Translations under genes and position numbers: made by a program
Notes under the pieces: model-generated
The model's input: only the letters and a program-made list of their open reading frames with translations
What the model was told of the DNA's origin: nothing
The model's database searches: none
Shown: positions 51,370-61,800 of the stretch, in pieces
Layout: each line of letters begins with the position of its first letter
How positions within the stretch are numbered: the stretch's first letter is position 1
Assembly (NCBI RefSeq): GCF_001194135.2
Contig: NC_069004.1
Location: 3,315,921-3,379,920, forward strand
Reading direction: 5' to 3'
Length of the DNA: 64,000 bases
Source: Octopus bimaculoides
Taxonomy: Eukaryota

Positions 51370-54300
51370 ATGAGAAAGAGAGAGGAGACAAGGAGAAAAC
51401 ATTACTACCCGGATTCAGACACATTATAACCAATCTATTAACATAGAACTGTATGGGGAGGGGGTTCATGATCTCTAATCAGAGTGAAAGATCGACATGC
51501 GGACAAGGGGCAGAAGGCAATGGGTGGGATAAAGAGCTGAGAAACAGTAATATACACAGCAGAGACATAAACGCACTTCAGGTTGAGGGTCCAGGTCGAG
51601 GCTCCGTGGTAGGATGCATTTTGTAATAGTGAGGTTTCAATAGTAAAAAAAAAATCTGGGTCCCAAAACAAATTTTATGACCGATGGGCAGAGAAAAGAG
51701 AGGACAGGGTTAGGGTTAGGGTAGAATTCCATTCTAGATAACAGAACTACAACAACAATAAGTAAAAATAAGGTTGACAACAATTTCCAACATTCTCCCC
51801 TACCTACCTACCCACCTGTCTGTCTGTCTGTCTATGTTTATGTGACTGGTTGACTGCCCTAATGTGTTTCCCAGCCATGTTTTGAAATATATATCAAAAC
51901 TATTCTTGATCCTTGTTTCAAAGACCTAAAACGTATTCAACAAACAATAATGCAGGCAGATACTGCACTATTTCAATAAGTTCAAAGCTTAAGAACAAAA
52001 GAGGGAGAGAGAGAGAGAATATGAGTACAACAGAGGGGGAGAAACACTATTAACTAATAGATATTAACCAGAATATATAATTATGACAAGAAGAATTCTC
52101 ATGCATTGTTTAAAACTAAATCTTTTTTCATTTTTTTTTTTTTTTTTTTTATAGGGCATCATTTCAACTGAGGAAGCATGCTGCAAAAAGCTCAATATTA
52201 AATTAAGAAAGCAGATAGCATTTATTATTATTATTTTTTTTTAATTTGAAATTTCCTCTAAACATTTAAGTTTTTCAGTTTACACAAAAAAATAAATAAA
52301 TAAATAAATAAAATAAAATAAAGTCATGTGGTGCAGTTTTTTTTATATGCAGGTTATATATGTGCAATGTGGTGAATTGGTGAAAAAAATTCTAATTTAG
52401 AATCTTCAAAAATACTAAGCAAAGAATGGTTGTGTATGAATGGTGAGATTGGAATTTATCAACAAAAATATAGACAAGACAAATATAGACACAACTGGAC
52501 AAAAATTACCAACCCATTCCCACGGAATATTTCTCAGATAGAAAACTTGTTTTGAGTTGTTTTTTTATTTTATTTTATTTTATTTTTGCATACCCTTTTT
52601 CTAAAAACACAAAAACAAATCAGGGCTGGAGAAATTCATGACTATTTTATTTCTATCAAATGTAGCGCTAACTGGTCAGATGAATAAAATGTTGGGCCTA
52701 ATGTGTTGAAACGATGGATTTTGTAGGTAATAACCTGGCACCAAGCCCTCATCATGGCCAAGTTGAACGTTTTCACCTCAATCAAAAGGACAAAATGATG
52801 AGGAATTGATATAGGCTTTTGACAAGCCTATACACTGGACAAAGACTAAATCTCCAGCAATGAGATTACGACCCAATGTGCTATTAAACTGTGGAAAGTT
52901 CAATTTTACGGAGTTGTTGTAGTTTATAGCCCAAGGTCAGCTTCAAATGAGCAACGGTACAACCAAAAGCATTCCAGCCACACCCGTCCTATCTTTTTGA
53001 ATATATCTAGGTCTACATTCTTCCTTTACTGCTTCAGTCATTGGACTGCGACCATGCTGGGGCACAGCCTTGAAAGGGTTCACTTAAACAAATCAGCACC
53101 AGGATTTATTTCTAAGTCTGGTACTTATATTCTATCAGTTTCCTTTGTTAAGTTTTGGGGATGCAAACAAACCAACACCAGTTGTCAGGCAGTGGTAGAC
53201 AAACACACACACATATAATGACAAGTTTTCACACTGATTCTGTCTACCAAGTAAATTCACAATGCATAGGTTGACCTGGGGCTATAGTAGAAGACACCTG
53301 CCCAAGGCGCCATGCAGTAGGACTGAACCTGGAACCATGAGTTTACAGAGTGAGCACCTTACCCACACAACCATGTCTGTACATTGTTCAATATGCTCTC
53401 TCCGTTTTTCAGACGTTAGAGCATTATTTGAGAGAAATTCGGGTCTCTCGTGATTTCTTATTCGAGAGGAAATTTCCATGCTCTTTATCAGTCGTTGAGT
53501 TGGCCCTTGTTTCATGCTTTGAATGATAGAAAGCTTTCCTGTCCGTAAGTTCCAGGTTACTCTGGTGGTTGAATGAATCTGGGAATGTGGATGCCAGGGG
53601 AAGACGTTTGGTGTATGGCAAGATACACAGGGCAAGCAAAGGGTTAACACTGCATAGGAGAAGACCCAGTAAATCAGTGCTTCTCAGCTAGGGTCCATAT
53701 AATATTTGGGGGGGATCTAAGTGAGCAAAATAGTAAATTGGGGGTCAGCAAGTTGTATTTCATGGGCCTATGAAAAAAATTTTGCTTTAGATGTTGGGGG
53801 GGGGGGCATCCACCTGTAANNNNNNNNNNTTTAGATGTTGGGGGGGGGGGCATCCACCTGTAAAAAGCACACCAAAACTGACCTTGTGCCATAAAAACCC
53901 TGCTAAACCGGACACAGACGTCTGGTGCAGTCACCGGCCTGACCAGCTCCTATCAAACCATGTAACCCATACCAGCATGGAAGGCAGACGTTAAAGGATG
54001 ATGATGTATTTACTGCAAGGAACAACTACATTCCTTTCTCTTGTGTTTTACCTAAGTTTAGTTCAACATGTCTTTCTGGCCAGTGAAAGACGATCCCTCA
54101 AAGAGTTCTAATGCAAACCTACACAGGAATTTCGAACTATTTTTTAAACATCAAATCACTATGGAAGGGTCCACCAGAGTAGAACAATAATCAAAGGCGT
54201 CCATGGGCAAAAAAAAAAAAGGTCATAAAACCCCCTGCGTTAAATAATGTGGTCTTCCTACTTCTAGAAAGATGGGATTGCCACAGCTGGAGTGCTTTTG

Positions 54301-57300
54301 ATCATAGGTGTAGTTGAATCAGGACTGACCTGGGGCTTAACAATAACATCAACTATAACAAGATAGAACAGAAAAATGATTAAAGTTAAGGTGGTACTTT
54401 GGAATCGTGAATACAAGATGAATAGTATGGCATTTAGTCTAGCACACAAGTTATGTGTGAGTGTGTGTGTAGCTAAAGATGCTGATCTGGGTAAGGAGAA
54501 AGAGAGAGAGGAAAAAAAAATAATAAGGACCATAAATAATATTGTAGTAGTAGTAGTATTTGGTTATTTAAAATTAGACAGAAACCTTTATTTAAACAAA
54601 GTATATATTAACAAAAAAAAAAAAAACGAAACAGAAACAACAAACAACATTAAGAAAGAATAAAATTGAGCAGTGTACAAACTGCTTGAGACAGCAATTG
54701 ACTGGGAGTCATGTGGTATGTATATGTGTGTGAATGTGTATATATACATGTGTGTGTATGTATGATTGTATGCATGTGAGTGTAAATGTGTGTGCATATG
54801 TATGTGTGCATGGATATGTATGTATGTGTGTGTGTATATATATATATCACTGTATCAATGTATGAGCATGTCTGCAGTATTTAACAAATATATATACATA
54901 TATATGTGCATGCGATATCTAAATATACACATATATTTANNNNNNNNNNNNNNNNNNNNNNNNNNNNNNNNNNNNNNNNNNNNNNNNNNNNNNNNNNNNN
55001 NNNNNNNNNNNNNNNNNNNNNNNNNNNNNNNNNNNNNNNNNNNNNNNNNNNNNNNNNNNNNNNNNNNNNNNNNNNNNNNNNNNNNNNNNNNNNNNNNNNN
55101 NNNNNNNNNNNNNNNNNNNNNNNNNNNNNNNNNNNNNNNNNNNNNNNNNNNNNNNNNNNNNNNNNNNNNNNNNNNNNNNNNNNNNNNNNNNNNNNNNNNN
55201 NNNNNNNNNNNNNNNNNNNNNNNNNNNNNNNNNNNNNNNNNNNNNNNNNNNNNNNNNNNNNNNNNNNNNNNNNNNNNNNNNNNNNNNNNNNNNNNNNNNN
55301 NNNNNNNNNNNNNNNNNNNNNNNNNNNNNNNNNNNNNNNNNNNNNNNNNNNNNNNNNNNNNNNNNNNNNNNNNNNNNNNNNNNNNNNNNNNNNNNNNNNN
55401 NNNNNNNNNNNNNNNNNNATAAATGAACAAAACCCACTCACTGAGGCTGGTTGATTCTCTGAGAAACTTACCATTTGGTTCTTGGCGAGATTTGAGATTA
55501 ATAAGAAAAGAAAAGAAAAAAATATCTTTTCTCTTTTTTTTCTTTAATTTAATACTTTTCTCTCACATTTACAAAAAAAAAAAAAAAAAGATTTTCAAAG
55601 AACAAATGTAATATAGATTCTTAAGGAAAAAATTAAATTCAAAACAGAATTAAAGAGAGAGAGAAAAAAAAATACATGGAGACCAAAGTTAGACCAACTT
55701 GTTTTTGTTATAAAAAAACAAAATATAGTAAATCTAAATAGACTAAAGCACTGGACTAAACTGGATTGCCTAGATTCAATCAACTGTAGGAGGACGAAGG
55801 GGTCAGCATGTTCTCCCCACCCACCACAGTCTGATGTGGAGATCATACTTGAGCCTTCTCTGCCTCACTGGCTCAACATGGTTTGGCAGAGGGATGCAGT
55901 TGGTAACAGCAAGCCCAGTGCTTAACTGACCCTTTTCAGATTGACCCCAAAAGGACGGAAAGGAAAGCTAACCTTGACAGAATTTAATGTCAGAACATAA
56001 TAATTCTTTCTAGTTTTGGTACAAGGCTAGCAACTTTGAGTAGAGTGGGTTAGTCACTTACATTGACCCCCAGTGTTTGACCGGTACCTATTTTATCAAC
56101 ACTGAAAGGATCATAGGCAGAGTAGACCTTGGTGGAATTTAAATACAGAACATGAAGCTGGAAGAAATGCTGCTAAGCATTTTGTCCAGTGTGCCAATGA
56201 TTCTGCTAGCTTGTCCCACTGGTGACCAATTCTTCCTTTGGAAAATTCAAATAAAAATAATTCTGAGAATCTTTTCTAATCATTATTTCTTGAAACTGCC
56301 AGATAAAAAAACAAAAAAAAAAAAACAACAGTTGAGCCAGGGGTGACACATTTCAATGTATGTCAGTATAAAAGTAAAAGAGATATTTTACTAAACTCCA
56401 AGAAAAATCTAGATTCTATTGAAAATTTACTTGAAGTGCAACCAGCAGCTGACTCATAAAGAAAAAAAAAGAAAAAATTCATAAAAGTGATAAATGATTT
56501 CTTTCTAAGATAGTCACTTTGTACTTTATGAGAATTCACCTGTCATCAAGTCAAAGAAAACAAATTAAAAGAAAAAAATAAGTTACTTTGTCCAAAGGAA
56601 TCAACCACTGATTGTATATAAGACAAATCAGTCACAGGACAACTACTACAGTGTAATAGTCAATCGATCAATTAATTAATTAATTAATAGCCTACTAACT
56701 GCAGGTGAAGCATGGTCACTTTGATGTCTTCAGGTATGCAGGTTCAAAGTGTCTTAATCCAATCATGGAAGCAGCGATTATCTTACACAGAACAGTAGCT
56801 GCAGAATCAAATACCTACACTCTAAATTTCTCATCTTTTTTCCATTTTAAATAATTAAGCAATTAAAATTCTTACAAAATAATCAATGTATCTACAAAAT
56901 GAATGTCACATATGAACTGATCAGAAATGCAAAGCACTTTACACTGATGTGCTAACGCTCACACACACACACACACACACAGCTAACAGCAGTATTCCTG
57001 TTCAAAATGATAAAAACGGTTAATGCAAATGAATACAATTGTTAAGGTAGGATTGATTAAAAAAGTGACGAGTCAATCATCAAACTTGCCATTACTTACC
57101 AGAAGAAAACAGATGTTGATTAGCTGAAAGTGAAAACAATGGATTATATCTGTTTACAAAAACAAAACCTGAGTGCGAACAAGAGACCAGCCAGCAATTA
57201 TAAGACGCCAAGAATTTCTAAAAGACTCTAAAGATAATAGAGATGTTGATGAGAGAGATAACAGTGGTGGGCAGGACTGGATTGGCACTAAAGTGAAATA

Positions 57301-58784
57301 TGCCACAGCTGAGAAGCCTTCACAATAATTTTGGAGTTTATCGTAATTTCCTACTATTAACCCTTTAGTGTTCAGATTACTCTGTTAAATGTAATACTTT
57401 TTCACTCAAATCGTTTTGAATTAATCATGCATTATCTTATAGCTTTGAGGTTTCAATGATGTGATTGTTTATTTTCAGAATGTCAATGTAGGTCAGGTGT
57501 GAGAGGCTAGATATCACCAGTTTGAATATAAAAACATGTAGAATATATTGGGCCCGATATGGCCGGTTTAAACACTAAAGGGTTAATACCATTTGTTTCT
57601 AGGCAAAAGACCAGAAAGTTTGTCCAATTTTGTCAGTGTATCAGCCTTTAACTTTAGTAACAATTAAAATTAATTCTCTTAGAGTATTTAAAACAGTCAT
57701 ATCTGGCCCAAATAATCAAACTGTTTTATGTTCAAAATGGCTAGATCCAACACTTCATGCCTGTCCTACAATGCCATTGTTAAAACAAACAATCAGATTA
57801 TCAAACTCTTGAAGTGATTAAGATAATGCAGGATTAATTAAAAACAATGTGAATAAATAAGCATTAAGCCAGACAGAGTAATCGGAAAGCTAAAGAATTA
57901 ACAAGGTTATCTACAAAAATGCATAATTTAGGTGGGAGTAGTCACTAAATCTGGCCTGGGGGNNNNNNNNNNNNNNNNNNNNNNNNNNNNNNNNGGGGGG
58001 GGGGGGTCGTGGTGGTGTTTGCAACCACAGAAGTTGACCAAAGACTTTTTGGAAGTGGAAGGAAAATAAAAGTCACAAATTTATTAAATACAGCCTTAAA
58101 AGTTCAGACTTTTTAGAAAATTTGACCAAAAACAGACACAAGAGGAGTGGGGAGAGATGGCCAATATACATATGAACAGATAATCATTACTAGTAGCGAA
58201 TAGTAATTTGGCAGTAGCATTGTTGCTGGTGCAACTAATGAACAAAGACAATAAAAGAACTCAATACACACACACACACACACATATTTCCAAAGACACT
58301 TGCTCAAGGTCCCACTGCGAGGGAATTCTACTCTCGCCTTGGGCTAACCAAAGCCCTGTGAGTGGATTTGGTAGACAGAAACTGAAAGAAGCCTGTTGTG
58401 TATATATATGTGTATGTGTGTGTTTGTGTATCTGTGTTTGTCCCACCACCATCACTTGACAACTGATGTTGGTGTGTTCAAGCCCTTCAGTTTCAGATTA
58501 CAATACAGTCAATCTTATCATCACTATGACACCAAAGGGGGACTCAATATTTAACTGGAAGCCTTACTATTTATTTTGAGCATTGCATGGTTTACTAACC
58601 TGGGACAGAGCACCTAGCTGCAACCAAACATCTGAAATAACATCCTAGTGTCACAATTATATATATATATATATATACACCAGGTTCAGATTGGAGCCTT
58701 GTGTAACCATCTGGTTCACCAGTCCTCAGTCAAATCGTCCAACCCATGCTAGCATGGAAAGCGGACGTTAAACGACGACAATGA

Positions 58785-58820
<36 letters not shown>

Positions 58821-61800
58821 AGAGAAAAGAACCAAAGTTCATGAACTCATCCATGAAAATCCACAGTCACATAATTGAGTTTTTACCTGTAAATTTGGAT
58901 TTTTATCCCTAATATTATCATTATTATATATATATATATATACATATANNNNNNNNNNNNNNNNNNNNNNNNNNNNNNNNNNNNNNNNNNNNNNNNNNNN
59001 NNNNNNNNNNNNNNNNNNNNNNNNNNNNNNNNNNNNNNNNNNNNNNNNNNNNNNNNNNNNNNNNNNNNNNNNNNNNNNNNNNNNNNNNNNNNNNNNNNNN
59101 NNNNNNNNNNNNNNNNNNNNNNNNNNNNNNNNNNNNNNNNNNNNNNNNNNNNNNNNNNNNNNNNNNNNNNNNNNNNNNNNNNNNNNNNNNNNNNNNNNNN
59201 NNNNNNNNNNNNNNNNNNNNNNNNNNNNNNNNNNNNNNNNNNNNNNNNNNNNNNNNNNNNNNNNNNNNNNNNNNNNNNNNNNNNNNNNNNNNNNNNNNNN
59301 NNNNNNNNNNNNNNNNNNNNNNNNNNNNNNNNNNNNNNNNNNNNNNNNNNNNNNNNNNNNNNNNNNNNNNNNNNNNNNNNNNNNNNNNNNNNNNNNNNNN
59401 NNNNNNNNNNNNNNNNNNNNNNNNNNNNNNNNNNNNNNNNNNNNNNNNNNNNNNNNNNNNNNNNNNNNNNNNNNNNNNNNNNNNNNNNNNNNNNNNNNNN
59501 NNNNNNNNNNNNNNNNNNNNNNNNNNNNNNNNNNNNNNNNNNNNNNNNNNNNNNNNNNNNNNNNNNNNNNNNNNNNNNATATATATATATATATATATCA
59601 TATAATATATATAAATATATATTATATATACATATATATTCTTCAATATTCTCAGAACCCCCTCAGTGAGTAGATTTGTTTAGAAATTTATCAATAAAAA
59701 GAAATAAATGAAATAACATGAAAAAGGAAGAAAAAAAACACTCACCAGAACTTTTCCTCATTAATCGAACATCTTTGACACTGAGTCCAATTATCATTAG
59801 TTCCGTCAAAATCTACAAGATACAGAGAAAAATAAAATTACGAGTCATAACATGCATGCACCTACACACGCACACACAAACGAATATATGGAATCGGTAA
59901 GGTGGTGAGGTAGCAGAACTGATAGCAAACCAGGGCAAAATGCTTAGTGGCATTTATTCTGAGTTCAAATTCCACCGAGTTCAACTTAGCCTTTCAGCCT
60001 TTAGGGTGTTGATAAAATAAGTACCAGCTGAGCAAAGGGGTCCGATGTAATCGACCAACTCCCTTCCCTGAAATTGCTGGCCTTGTACCAAAATTTGAAA
60101 CCAATATATGGAATCAACCTTCGTTCACCTTTCACAACATTCAATCTCACCCCTGTTTTTTCATCATTTCTCACTCTCTCCTCACCTCCTCAGTGCCTTG
60201 AAGGTGTACCCTGATACCTCAACATCACCATCTTCATCTCTCCCCCTGGCTTCACACCACCAACCCACCATTCACTCACCCCATCCAATCCTCTACTATT
60301 TCTCTTATATCCACCTCCTTGTACCTGGAGAGCACGCCCTGTCACATCTTAGCCACCACCATCTTCTCGCGTTTCCAATACAGGTAGGCATACATCCCCT
60401 CCACAGCAAGACCCCTGTTTCTGTCCCCACATCATACTTTAAGCTCTCATGACCTCATGTAAAGCCACCGCTTTCAGTTGAGGGCCCTTGTCTTGCAAGT
60501 TACTCGGGGGAACACACAAATGCTGGTGCTTTGTAAAATAGTTGGCATCGTGAAGGGAATCCAGTTGTGGAAACCATGGTCAAAAAAATTTTTTTTTTTA
60601 AATGAAATTCATTTTTCATATAAATCCATAGTTTAAAACACACTGTTTTTTGATTGGCTGAAAATTCGGAAACTTACCAAAACTTTGAACACTTGTAACA
60701 TTTTTGCACAATTTTTCCGGAATAAATGAATAATAAATTCAGATTCAGTGTTAAAATTTACATCTATTAAACAAAATTTTTTAAAGATAATTGTAAACAG
60801 GGAGGAAAACCACAAAGATCTTAGATTTGTTATATATGTGTGTTTATCNNNNNNNNNNNNNNNNNNNNNNNNNNNNNNNNNNNNNNNNNNNNNNNNNNNN
60901 NNNNNNNNNNNNNNNNNNNNNNNNNNNNNNNNNNNNNNNNNNNNNNNNNNNNNNNNNNNNNNNNNNNNNNNNNNNNNNNNNNNNNNNNNNNNNNNNNNNN
61001 NNNNNNNNNNNNNNNNNNNNNNNNNNNNNNNNNNNNNNNNNNNNNNNNNNNNNNNNNNNNNNNNNNNNNNNNNNNNNNNNNNNNNNNNNNNNNNNNNNNN
61101 NNNNNNNNNNNNNNNNNNNNNNNNNNNNNNNNNNNNNNNNNNNNNNNNNNNNNNNNNNNNNNNNNNNNNNNNNNNNNNNNNNNNNNNNNNNNNNNNNNNN
61201 NNNNNNNNNNNNNNNNNNNNNNNNNNNNNNNNNNNNNNNNNNNNNNNNNNNNNNNNNNNNNNNNNNNNNNNNNNNNNNNNNNNNNNNNNNNNNNNNNNNN
61301 NNNNNNNNNNNNNNNNNNNNNNNNNNNNNNNNNNNNNNNNNNNNNNNNNNNNNNNNNNNNNNNNNNNNNNNNNNNNNNNNNNNNNNNNNNNNNNNNNNNN
61401 NNNNNNNNNNNNNNNNNNNNNNNNNNNNNNNNNNNNNNNNNNNNNNNNNNNNNNNNNNNNNNNNNNNNNNNNNNNNNNNNNNNNNNNNNNNNNNNNNNNC
61501 AAAAACAAAATATTAAAAAAAAAAAAGAAAAGAAAGAAGTAGATGCTGGCTGAGGGGCGAGTAGTTGGGTTACCAATAATAAAATGACCTCCAGTGTCCA
61601 ATACACCAATTCATTAAATGAGAAAGATCAATCCACCGTCTAAAAGTGAAAGATTGCACAAGCAGCCGTTCTGCTAGAAATAGCAGCCAAACTAAAGAGC
61701 AAGTCCTTCATTTCTTCCAAGTAGCCTTCTTGTTATTACTGTATACTGCCAAAGATGTTTTGTTCATGAAACCTGATGATTCTGGGTTCAGTCCCACTGC

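Noticed and set aside
51706-51723. TTAGGG repeats
   Set aside because: Only about two units; not an interstitial telomere
54380-54486. Strong acceptor CCTTACCCAG| giving DQHL* in phase 1
   Set aside because: The pyrimidine tract is a (CT)n microsatellite and no convincing donor follows
56700-56760. Plus-strand exon-like segment CTAACTGCAG|...CAG|GTATGC
   Set aside because: Isolated, no partner exons; expected by chance
1880-61609. Many long ORFs in the track made mostly of X
   Set aside because: Artefacts of N-gaps; no coding information
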